In this document: positions 55,097 to 64,000 of the stretch, piece by piece
Layout: each line of letters begins with the position of its first letter
Position numbering within the stretch: position 1 is the first letter of the stretch
Program-made: the position numbers and the translations under genes
Origin: an uncultured Chloroflexia bacterium
GTDB lineage: Bacteria; Chloroflexota; Limnocylindria; Limnocylindrales; CSP1-4
Reading direction: 5' to 3'
NCBI GenBank assembly: GCA_963828165.1
Contig: CAWHDR010000001.1
Location: 2,624,001-2,688,000, forward strand
Length of the DNA stretch: 64,000 nt
Notes under the pieces: generated by a model
The model's database searches: none
What the model was told of the DNA's origin: nothing
What the model saw: only the letters and a program-made list of their open reading frames with translations

Positions 55097-55549
55097 TCAG
55101 CGGCGCAACAGCCCTGGCACACTCGGCTCCGGGCCGCGCCAGCGTTCGATCTCCTCGGTCGCGAAGCGGCCGTAGTAGTTGATGAAATGGCCGCCGTGGT
55201 CACGCAGGACCGCGATGGACGCGGCCTTACGCGCGGCATCTCCGGGCTTCGTCATCACAACGGCCTGACCATCGCGGACGGCCTGCTCGTAGGTGGCCAT
55301 ATCCACGAGCTGGTCCATGAGCGTGAAGGAGACCAGGCGCCGCAGCCGGGCGATCACTCCGTTCGCGGCACCCGTGCCGTCCAATCGGTCGGCGCCTTCA
55401 GGACCGCGCAGGATCGTGATGTCCCGGTCCCGGATCGCTGCCGAGCGTAGAGCGGCGGCCGTCGCCGCGGCGGACGCGGCGTCTGGCAGCACGGCCATGA
55501 GCGAATCCGTCGGATAGCCGATGAACCGGCGCGTGGGGCTGGCTGGCAT
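55097..55549 (-). CDS. Hypothetical protein
   Basis: 150-aa ORF with protein-like composition (FIGYPTD...HGGHFINYYGRF); TACGAT -10 upstream. Confidence 0.7.
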   Translation of the reverse strand: MPASPTRRFIGYPTDSLMAVLPDAASAAATAAALRSAAIRDRDITILRGPEGADRLDGTGAANGVIARLRRLVSFTLMDQLVDMATYEQAVRDGQAVVMTKPGDAARKAASIAVLRDHGGHFINYYGRFATEEIERWRGPEPSVPGLLRR

Positions 55550-55607
55550 GGCGGGCTCATCGTAGCGAGACAGCGAACGCGGTCGTTCGCGTCGTTGTGC
55601 GCCGGAA

Positions 55608-55625
55608 GAACATGTGTTCTAAAAT
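55608..55625 (+). promoter_or_regulatory. LexA (SOS) box abutting a -10 element
   Basis: GAAC-ATGT-GTTC (55608-55619) directly followed by TAAAAT (55620-55625). Confidence 0.7.
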
Positions 55626-55658
55626 GCCCTGAGTCGGACCCGCTATATTGTTCGTCTT

Positions 55659-55745
55659 GCGGCGGTGCTGGAATTGGCATACAGGGCAGACTCAAACTCT
55701 GCTGCCCGTGAGGGCTTGTGGGTTCGAGTCCCACCCGCCGTACCA
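55659..55745 (+). tRNA. tRNA-Leu(CAA)
   Basis: Acceptor GCGGCGG/CCGCCGT, D-loop TGGAATTGGCA, anticodon arm GCAGA-CTCAAAC-TCTGC, long variable arm, GGTTCGAGTCC, encoded CCA. Confidence 0.96.
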
Positions 55746-55752
55746 GACCTCG

Positions 55753-56387
55753 ATGACCCCGGTATCCGGTGCTGCGCTGTGCCGCGCGATGCGGCCGGAT
55801 GTGCCAATGAGCGCGACCTCGGGCCCGCATATGCGTACCTACTCGGGCTCTATCTCGGCGACGGCACGCTTTCGCCTGGCCGACGGAACGTGTGGCACCT
55901 GCGAAATCAGCCTCGACGCCCGCTATCCGCAGATCATCGCTCGGGGTCAGCAGGCTAACGGCGAGGTAGGCGGGCGCCGCGTCGGCGCCACCGCACGACC
56001 CGGATGCATCGTGATCTCGAGCTATTGGAAGCACTGGGTCTGTCTGTTCCCCCAGCACGGACCCGGCCATACGCATGAGCGCTCGATCAAGCTCGAGGGG
56101 TCGGCACGAGGAGCCTGGTCGGGACGCTTCCCAGTCATTTCGCTCGGCGGCCTGATCGAGTCAGACGGATGTCGCGTCCTCGAACCGGGTGAAGGGACAG
56201 CGCCTGACCCTCGCTACTGTCTTCGTCCAGACCTCGTCCAGACCGATATCCGCGGACTTCGTCTTGGGCCGCCGGGTTGGCTGGGTGTGGACGTGGCCCG
56301 GGCCGACGGTCCGCGAACTGTCGCCGTGTCGCGGCGGAGCGAGCGTCGCGATCCTTGATCGGCTGCGTCGGTCCAGCAAGGCGTACA
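55753..56387 (+). pseudogene. Free-standing double-motif LAGLIDADG-type protein, multiply frameshifted (decay or sequence error)
   Basis: YAYLLGLYLGDG, ISLDARYPQII, SYWKHWVCLFPQHGPG, GGLIESDGCR, PRY, DIRGL, VAVSRR, SVAILD spread over different frames. Confidence 0.75.
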
Positions 56388-56503
56388 CGGACACCCCGCG
56401 ACGGTCGGAACCTGAGCCCACGGTACCCGCGTCTCGCCGACCGATGCTAGACTCCCCCCGCCTCACGTCCGCCAGCATCGCCGTCCGGAGGGACCCCCAG
56501 ACC

Positions 56504-57112
56504 GTGGAGGACCTTCGCTCGACGACGGTCACCGACGACCCCGTCCAGCGCCGCGACCTCATCCTCATCGAGCGCGCCCGATCGGGCGACCTCGATGCAT
56601 TCAACGACCTCGTCGTGCTGTACCAGGATTCGTTGTTCGCGCTGGTGGTGCGCATGGTTCCGGATCGCGACCAGGCGTCGGACTGCGTGCAGGAAGCGTT
56701 CTTCTCCGCGTACCGCAATTTGGCCTCGTTCCGCGGCGGCAGCGTCAAGTCCTGGCTGAACCGGATCTGTGTCAACGCCGCGATGGACACCCAGCGAGCC
56801 CGGAAGCGCCGGCCCGTCCAGCCGTACCCCGAGTTCGAGGACGAGAGCTGGCAGCCACCGGCCGGGGCGGAGGCCGATCCGGAGCGCACCGCGGTCCACG
56901 CCGAGCGCAGCCGGGCGATCGCGGCGGCCCTGACCCGCATCACCGACGACCAACGAGCGGCGATCGTCCTGTACGACATCGAGGGCTACGACTACGGCGA
57001 GATCGCGGAGATGACCGGTGTCTCGCTGGGCACTGTCAAGTCGCGGATCCACCGTGGCCGCCTGGCCCTGCGGGACATCCTGTCGGAGCGGATGGAGCTC
57101 TTCCGTGGCTGA
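56504..57112 (+). CDS. ECF RNA polymerase sigma factor
   Basis: GDLDAFNDLV, DCVQEAFFSAY, KSWLNRICVN, YGEIAEMTGVSLGTVKSRIHRGR; GGAGG RBS. Confidence 0.93.
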   Translation: MEDLRSTTVTDDPVQRRDLILIERARSGDLDAFNDLVVLYQDSLFALVVRMVPDRDQASDCVQEAFFSAYRNLASFRGGSVKSWLNRICVNAAMDTQRARKRRPVQPYPEFEDESWQPPAGAEADPERTAVHAERSRAIAAALTRITDDQRAAIVLYDIEGYDYGEIAEMTGVSLGTVKSRIHRGRLALRDILSERMELFRG

Positions 57113-57695
57113 TCGGATGGGTCACGCCGGGCACGATCCCTTGCTGGTCGCCGGGGCCGCGGATCGAGGCGCACGGCTCGCCCCGGTCCTGGATCTCTGT
57201 GTGCGCTGCGTCGGGCTGTACGTCGACCTGCTCGCGGTGACGGCCGCGCTGCCCATGTCGGCGGTGCCCGTGCGTCCGCGCTCGTTCACGCTGACCGCTG
57301 GTGATGCGCGACGCCTCCGGCCGGTCGGTTGGCGGGGGTGGTGGTCTGCCGTCGGCTCTGCGCGTGACACCGTGACGCGCCCGCTCGCCGTGGGCATCAC
57401 GACACTCGGCCTCGCCGGCCTGCTTCTCACCGCCGCGCCCACGCTGTCTGTGGGCCTGGGCTGGGCCGCGACCTCGAGCGCAGCGCCTCCAGAGGTCGCC
57501 AAACTCGCAGCCACACCGATGCCGAATGACCGAACGCCGATCGCATTGGCCGGCGACAACCACGAGCACGGGACCACGGTCGAGTCGGATCCGGGTCTGT
57601 CCCCGACCCTGACGCTCTCCGTCGGGCTGCTCGTGGTCGGGGGCGGGCTGTTCGTGGCCCGCCGGCTGGCCGCCCACGGACCTCCGATGCGATGA
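57105..57695 (+). CDS. Anti-sigma-like membrane protein, paralogue 1
   Basis: HAGHDP...CVRC...RPRSFTLT; two TM helices; overlaps the sigma stop. Confidence 0.72.
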   Translation: MADRMGHAGHDPLLVAGAADRGARLAPVLDLCVRCVGLYVDLLAVTAALPMSAVPVRPRSFTLTAGDARRLRPVGWRGWWSAVGSARDTVTRPLAVGITTLGLAGLLLTAAPTLSVGLGWAATSSAAPPEVAKLAATPMPNDRTPIALAGDNHEHGTTVESDPGLSPTLTLSVGLLVVGGGLFVARRLAAHGPPMR

Positions 57696-57759
57696 TGCGG
57701 ATCGACGATCGGGCGCCATGCGGGAACCACCTGGCCGTCGAGGTCGTCTGGTGGAGGAC

Positions 57760-58506
57760 ATGACGGAAGCGAATCAGCCTGCCAACCCCGCGGATCATGC
57801 CGCCCATGACCCCACATGGATGGCTGCGCTGGCTACCCGAGAACCTGATCTGAGCCCCTCCGAGCGCCCCCGAGCGGAGGCGGCGCTCGAGTCGTGCGAC
57901 GCGTGCAGGGACCTGTTCGCCGATCTCGTCGCCCTCTCGGCGGCGATCCCCGCTGCGGCGATCCCGGCCCGACCGCGTGATTTCACCCTGACCGCCGCCG
58001 ATGCGGCGCGGCTTCGGCCGCACGGTCTGCGTCGCGTGCTCAAGGCCATCGGATCGGCCCGCGACGGCGTCACGTTCCCGCTCGCCATGGGCCTGACCAC
58101 GATGGGTATCGCCGGGATGCTGCTTGCGACCATTCCGGCAGCGTTGAGCGGCACCGGCGGAGCGGCCTCAGACAACCTGTCGGCGGTGGGGCAGGCAGCG
58201 CCGATGCCAGCACCCGCATCTGCCGCCGCGGCCGCATCTGCGGCTCCTGCGGCGGAGGCTCCGGGCGCCGAGGCGACCGACGCCTACGCGTTCAGCGCTG
58301 CCCCGACCTCCGAGACGGCCGGCGGCGAAGTGTTCTCTGGAGACGATGGCGACACGGCGCTCGAAGCCCGACTGGACGCGACCGCGACGCTGGAGGCGAT
58401 CCGCGACGACGCCACGGGACGCTCGGCGCTCCTGGTGGCCGCGGCTACGCTGCTCATCGCCGGTTTGGGGTTGTTCCTCCTCCGCTGGTCCGCCCGCCGC
58501 CTCTGA
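57760..58506 (+). CDS. Anti-sigma-like membrane protein, paralogue 2
   Basis: HAAHDP...CDAC...RPRDFTLT; two TM helices; GGAGG RBS. Confidence 0.78.
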   Translation: MTEANQPANPADHAAHDPTWMAALATREPDLSPSERPRAEAALESCDACRDLFADLVALSAAIPAAAIPARPRDFTLTAADAARLRPHGLRRVLKAIGSARDGVTFPLAMGLTTMGIAGMLLATIPAALSGTGGAASDNLSAVGQAAPMPAPASAAAAASAAPAAEAPGAEATDAYAFSAAPTSETAGGEVFSGDDGDTALEARLDATATLEAIRDDATGRSALLVAAATLLIAGLGLFLLRWSARRL

Positions 58507-58620
58507 TACGCGGCCGCCGCCCGCGGCCGCTGAGGGCCGGTGACGGTACACTCATTGGGCGCCGCCATGGTCGGGCCGCAACCGCCGCCGGCCGCCGCGA
58601 CGCCACCCTGAGGCCAAGCC

Positions 58621-61561
58621 ATGGAACGCCTGATGCTGCTCGACGGCTACGGGCTCGTCTACCGCGGCTACTACGCGCTGCCGCCGCTGACGACGTCCCG
58701 TGGCGAGCTCGTCAACGGCGTGTTCGGCTTCGCGAGCATCGTCCTGCGCGGCCTCCAGGACCTCCAGCCCGACTACCTGGCGGTCTCGTTCGATCTCCCG
58801 GGCCCAACGTTCCGCCACGAGCAGTACGCCGAGTACAAGGCCACCCGGCAGCGGATGCCGGACGACCTGCGCGACCAGTTCCCGAAGGTGCGCGAGGTCG
58901 TGAAGGCGTTGCGGATCCCGGTCTACGAGATGCCCGGGTTCGAGGCCGACGACGTCATCGGGACCATCACCAAGAAGCTCGACGGCAACGAGGGGCTCGA
59001 GACGACGATCGTCACCGTCGATCTGGACATGCTCCAGCTGGTGACGCCGCGGGTGCGGCTGATGACCACCCGGTCCGGCGTGGAGAACACGGTCATGTAC
59101 GACGTGGCTCGGATCGACGAGCGGTTCGGCCTGCGGCCCGACCAGATGGTCGACTACAAGGCGCTCAAGGGCGACCCCACCGACAACATCCCCGGCGTTC
59201 CGGGCGTGGGGGAGAAGACCGCCGCCAAGCTGATCCGCGAGTTCGGCAGCCTCGATGACATGTTCGCCCGGATCGACGAGGTCACACCGGAGAAGCTGCG
59301 CGACAAGCTGCGCGAGCACTTCGACCAGATCCAGATGGGCCGCGAGCTCTCGCGCATCGTGTGCGACCTCCCGGTCGAGCTGGATCTCGAAGCGGCGCGC
59401 CTGGGCGACTACGACCGCGACACGGTCGTCCGGCTGTTCCGTGAGTACGAGTTCCGGACGCTGATCGAGCGTCTCCCGCCGATGGCCGGCAAATCGGCGG
59501 AGCAGCGCTCAGAAAGCCTGCGGAGCGTGGTCGACAGTGGGTACGTGCCGGCGGCCCGGGTCGCGGGTCGCCCTGAAGGCTGGGGCCCCGGCCGGGCCAC
59601 CGCGCGTCCCACCGGCGGAGAGTTGCAGCTCCGGCTCGACTTCGACGCGGTGACCGGGCCTGCCTCCGGTGACGCGGCCACGGACGCGACCGAGCACGCG
59701 GCGCGACCGCTCGCTCGAGCCCGCCGACGACCTGCCCTCGGCCCTGGCGGCCGCGATCGTCGACCCGGGCCGCATCGAGGTTCGACACGCCGATCGGATC
59801 GCGGACCTTGAACCGTGGCTGGTCGCCCAGCCGGCGGTCGGCGTATCGCTCCTGCTCGACGACCCGCGGCCTCGTCGCGGCACGGCGCTGGCGCTGGCGG
59901 TCGCGGGCACGGACGGCCGGGTCGTCGCGGCCGAGGGAGCCGAAGCGGCCGATGCGCTGCGGCGGCTGCTCGAACGGCTCGGCACCCCGCTCGTCGGGCA
60001 CGAGGTCAAGCCGCTGATCGTGGCCCGCTTCGCCGACGATCCCGCGTCCACGTCGCCCGAGATCGCGTTCGACACGCAGATCGCGGCGTATGTCCTGAAC
60101 GCCGCGCTCCGCAGCCAGACGATCCCGGACGTGGTGGCCGAGAACCTCGACCAGATCCTGCCACCCGCCACGGACCTCCCGGCCACGGCGCGCGCCGGCC
60201 TCGAGGCCCTGTCGGCGATCGCGGTCCGCGAACCGCTCGAGAAGCGCCTGGCGGAGGTGGGGCTCGAGCGGCTGTTCCGCGATATCGAGCTGCCATTGAT
60301 CCCGGTGCTTGCCCGGATGGAGGCGGTGGGCGTTGCCCTCGATCTCGAGGCGCTGGCAGTCCTGGACCGGGAGTTCGCCGCCGAAACCTCCCGGCTCGAG
60401 CAGGAGATCTACGTCGACGTCGGGCACGAATTCAATCTCGGCAGCCCAAAGCAGCTCGAGCAGATCCTGTTCTTCGAGCTGAACCTGCCGAAGGGCAAGC
60501 GCACGAAGACGGGCTTCTCGACGGACGCGTCGGTGCTCGAGGAGCTGCGGCCGGCGCACCCGATGATCGACAAGCTCCTCGAATGGCGCATCTACACGAA
60601 GCTGCGCTCGACGTACGTCGAGGCCCTACCCACGTTGATGGCTGCGGACGGTCGGCTGCACACGACGTTCCACCAGGCCGTCGCCGCGACCGGCCGCCTG
60701 TCGTCGTCCGATCCCAACCTGCAGAACATCCCGATCCGCACCGAGCTCGGGCGCAAGATCCGCCGGGCGTTCGTGGCCGGTGAGCCAGACCTGGTACTCC
60801 TGGCCGCCGACTACTCGCAGATCGAGCTGCGGATCCTCGCCCACGTGTCGGGCGATGAGCACCTCAAGGATGCCTTCGCCCGCGGGGCAGACATCCATCG
60901 AGAGACCGCCGCCCGTGTACTCCACAAGGCGCCCGAGGAGATCACGAAGGACGAGCGGTCGATGGCCAAGATGGTCAACTTCGGTCTGGCCTACGGGATG
61001 AGCGACTTCGGGCTGGCATCGCGCGCGAACATCCCGCGGGGGGAGGCGCAGGAGTTCATCAACAGCTACTTCGCGGCGTACTCCGGCATCAGCTACTACA
61101 TGATGGCCATCAAGGAGCAGGCCAAGGCGCAGGGGTTCGTCGAAACGCTGCTGGGACGCAAACGGCAGATCCCCGAGCTTCGGGCATCCAACCCGGCGCT
61201 CCGCGGCGCGGGCGAGCGGATGGCCATCAACATGCCGATCCAGGGCACGGCCGCCGACATCCAGAAGATCGCGATGATCCGCGTCGCCGAGCGTCTTGCG
61301 GCCGAAGGTTCGCGCGCCCGCCTCCTGCTGTCCGTTCACGACGAGCTGCTGTTCGAGGTCCCGCGCGACCAGATCGAGCCGCTGGCCGCGCTCGTGCGCG
61401 AGACGATGGAAGGCGCGCTGCCGTTGTCCGTGCCGCTCACCGTCGACGTGAAGGTCGGCGACGACTGGGAATCGATGACGCCGCTCACCCGCGAAGACGC
61501 CATCGCCGCGGAGGCCGACGAGATGCCGCTCGAGGCGCCCATCGCGCCCCTCGTCGGCTAG
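58621..61561 (+). CDS. polA: DNA polymerase I; +1 frameshift at about 59708-59715
   Basis: LLDGYGLVYRGYY, EADDVIGT, GDPTDNIPGV; then TGRLSSSDPNLQNIP, ADYSQIELR, AKMVNFG, VHDEL in the next frame. Confidence 0.94.
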
Positions 61562-61570
61562 GTCCCGCCG

Positions 61571-62638
61571 ATGCCTGAGCTTCCCGAGGTCGAGACGGTC
61601 GCGCGCGACCTGCGGCCGCGCCTCGTCGGCGCGACCATCGTGGGCGCCCGCACGTCGTGGGCGCGGACGCTGCGTACCCACGACCCGCTTGCCTTCGCCG
61701 AGGCCGTCGCCGGGCGTACGGTCGAGTCGGTCGACCGGCGGGCCAAACAGCTGGTGATCGGTTTGAGCGGGGACGCGGCGCTCACGATCCATCTCAAGAT
61801 GACCGGTCAGCTGTTCGTCGTGCCCGCCGATGCGCCCGACGACCCGTACGTCCGGTTGGTCCTGGAGCTGGCCGACGGGCGCGAGCTGCGTTTTCGCGAT
61901 ATCCGCAAGTTCGGCAAGGTGGGCTTGTACGGTCGCGACCCGGTCTCGGGCGAGCTCGTGGCCGAGATCGGGGGCGCTGCCGTGTTCGCGGCGATCGGGC
62001 CCGAGCCGCTGGGGGACGAATTCACCGTACGCGAGTTCCGGCGCCGGCTGCGCCGGCGCAAGGGGCGTCTCAAGCCGCTCCTCCTCGATCAGTCGTTCGT
62101 CGCCGGGGTCGGGAACATCTACGCGGACGAGTCGCTGTGGCGATCGCGGCTACATCCGCTTCGGTCCGCTTCGTCCCTGCGACCACCCGACGAGCGCCGG
62201 TTGTACGAGTCGGTCCGTGCCGTGCTGGCGGAAGCGATCGAGCGCCGCGGCTCGTCGATCGACGACTACACGGCACCGGACGGCGACGGGTCGATGCAGG
62301 AGCGGCTCGACGTCTATCAACGGACCGGGGAGGCCTGCCGGCGGTGTGGCCGGCCGATCCGGCGTGTGGTCGTTGGTGCCCGGTCGACCCATTTCTGCTC
62401 GTGGTGCCAGCGCCTTCCGGCGGCCGACCGCAAGGCCGCGCGGGCCATCCTGCGGACGCTCAGCGGGGGCGAGGTCCGGCGTGGCCCGCGCTGGACCGAG
62501 CTGGCAGGGGAGGGAACCGTCGGCCTGACCCCGGGCGAGGCGGCGCGGGCCGTCGCCCGCGCCCGGACCGATCGCACGAAGCGGGCGGCGGCGACCCGGC
62601 GAGCCGCCGCACGCGCCTCCGTCGCGGGTGGCGGCTGA
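61571..62638 (+). CDS. mutM: Formamidopyrimidine-DNA glycosylase with a C-terminal extension
   Basis: PELPEVET, HLKMTG, GVGNIYADE, CRRC...CSWCQ zinc finger. Confidence 0.95.
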   Translation: MPELPEVETVARDLRPRLVGATIVGARTSWARTLRTHDPLAFAEAVAGRTVESVDRRAKQLVIGLSGDAALTIHLKMTGQLFVVPADAPDDPYVRLVLELADGRELRFRDIRKFGKVGLYGRDPVSGELVAEIGGAAVFAAIGPEPLGDEFTVREFRRRLRRRKGRLKPLLLDQSFVAGVGNIYADESLWRSRLHPLRSASSLRPPDERRLYESVRAVLAEAIERRGSSIDDYTAPDGDGSMQERLDVYQRTGEACRRCGRPIRRVVVGARSTHFCSWCQRLPAADRKAARAILRTLSGGEVRRGPRWTELAGEGTVGLTPGEAARAVARARTDRTKRAAATRRAAARASVAGGG

Positions 62639-64000
62639 TGTCCATCCTGCGGTTCGCGGCGGTCACCCGGGAGATCGGGGCGTTCGTGATCCTCGACGCG
62701 ATCGAGGGCGCGGTCGCGCTCGGGGACCGGATCGGCCTCGTCGGTCCGAACGGCGCGGGCAAGACCACCATGCTCCGACTCGCGGCCGGCAGCGACGAGC
62801 CGGACCGCGGCACGATCGTGCGCAAGCGCAACCTGTCGATCGGCCTGCTGGCGCAGGAGGCGCACTTCGACGCGGCCTTCATGGCTGCCCCCGATCTGCG
62901 CACGGCGGTCCGTACGGGGGCGGCGCACCTGGACGCCATGGCCGAGCAGCTCGCGGCGTACGAGCGTGACGGCCGGGTCGCCCAGTCCGGGTACGCCGAT
63001 CTCCAGCATCGGTTCGACGTGCTTGGCGGATACACGCTGGACCAGCGCGTCGAGGCCACGCTGAGCGGTCTCGGCTTCACGCGTGACGAGTGGGTGCGGC
63101 CGCCGACGGGGCTGTCCGGCGGCGAGCAGACCCGGGCTGCGCTCGCTCGGCTGGTCATCGCCGATCCGGACCTCCTCCTGCTCGATGAACCCACGAACCA
63201 CCTCGACCTCGACGCGCTCGAATGGCTCGAGGAGCATCTCCGTCGCCGGTCGGGGTCCCTCGTGGTCGCGTCGCACGACCGGGCCTTTCTGGATGCGACC
63301 GTCACCCGGGTCTGGGAGCTACGCGACCGACGGCTCACGGCCTTCCGCGGCGATTACAGCGCGTATCACCGGCAGCGCGAGGAACGCGACGCGCGCGCGG
63401 CCAAGGACGCCGGCACGCAGGCCGAGCAGATCGCCCGCGAACAGGAGCTCGTGCAACGGTATCGAAGCCACCGCAAGTTCTCGAAGATGCACGAGCACGA
63501 AGCGCGGCTCGAACGGCTGCAAGCGGACCGGCGAGAGGCGCCGCGCCAGTCGCGGCGGCTCGCACTGCCGCAGTCGGCGCTCGCCGGCGGAGGGCCTGCG
63601 CGATCCGGCGAGATCGCCGTCCGGATCGAGGACCTGGTGATCGGCTACCTACCGGGGCGCGGTGCGGTGCGGCCGGACGGGGACCCCGCGACCGAGCCCC
63701 AGGTGGTCGCCCGTGTGCCGTTCCTGGCCGCCCAGCGTGGTGACCGGATCGGGATCGTCGGGCCGAATGGCGCCGGAAAGACCACGCTCCTGCGGACGAT
63801 CGCCGGCGACCTGCCACCGCTTGACGGGACGCTCACGTTCGGCCACGCCGCCCAGATCGGCTATCTCGCGCAGCTTCGCGGGGCGGCGATCCCGGGCACG
63901 ACGGTGCTCGATGCGCTGCTCGACACGATCCCGGTCACGCCGGGCGAGGCGCGCGCCTATCTGGCGCGCTTCCTGTTCCGGGGCGACGATGCGTTCAAGG
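62638..64000 (+). CDS. ABC-F family ATPase (3' truncated by window)
   Basis: ATG at 62638; GPNGAGKTT, LSGGEQTR, LLDEPTNHLD, SHDRAFLD, second GPNGAGKTT; no TM segments. Confidence 0.93.
   Translation, partial: MSILRFAAVTREIGAFVILDAIEGAVALGDRIGLVGPNGAGKTTMLRLAAGSDEPDRGTIVRKRNLSIGLLAQEAHFDAAFMAAPDLRTAVRTGAAHLDAMAEQLAAYERDGRVAQSGYADLQHRFDVLGGYTLDQRVEATLSGLGFTRDEWVRPPTGLSGGEQTRAALARLVIADPDLLLLDEPTNHLDLDALEWLEEHLRRRSGSLVVASHDRAFLDATVTRVWELRDRRLTAFRGDYSAYHRQREERDARAAKDAGTQAEQIAREQELVQRYRSHRKFSKMHEHEARLERLQADRREAPRQSRRLALPQSALAGGGPARSGEIAVRIEDLVIGYLPGRGAVRPDGDPATEPQVVARVPFLAAQRGDRIGIVGPNGAGKTTLLRTIAGDLPPLDGTLTFGHAAQIGYLAQLRGAAIPGTTVLDALLDTIPVTPGEARAYLARFLFRGDDAFK

Noticed and set aside
55648-56358. 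236-aa ORF as an intact gene
   Set aside because: It runs through the tRNA and is a mosaic of in-frame and out-of-frame pieces of the LAGLIDADG gene.
55659-56500. Integrative element or prophage at tRNA-Leu
   Set aside because: No integrase and no repeat of the tRNA 3' end was seen in the window.

Overview
High-GC (about 70%) bacterial chromosome segment. The gene content, a GAAC-N4-GTTC SOS box and the protein signatures suggest Chloroflexota or a related Terrabacteria lineage (inference). It is mostly core genome: a translationally coupled purine operon (purA-D-B-C-S-Q-L-F-M, then a fused purN-purH), metG, tatD, CIRCE-controlled groES-groEL, pcrA/uvrD, ligA, gatC-gatA...gatB split by an aminotransferase remnant and a LacI/ABC/GH116 glycoside cluster, a nucleoside salvage and BMP-ABC cluster, dnaE, tRNA-Leu(CAA), an ECF sigma factor with two paralogous anti-sigma-like genes, polA, mutM and a partial ABC-F. 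No CRISPR array, prophage or intact IS element was seen. The most unusual items are: (1) an SOS box, tRNA-Leu(CAA) and a free-standing double-motif LAGLIDADG gene starting 7 nt after the tRNA CCA; (2) a MetRS whose HIGH motif reads GLHT, with a multi-hairpin leader upstream and a ~200-nt branched palindromic element downstream; (3) an ECF sigma with twin HxxH...CxxC two-TM anti-sigma paralogues; (4) the PurN-PurH fusion; (5) two hollowed-out gene remnants; (6) many apparently leaderless genes, including a 21-bp bidirectional promoter. The frameshifts in purQ, purH and polA are all net +1 and the LAGLIDADG gene also looks insertion-damaged, so these are more likely read or assembly errors than biology.
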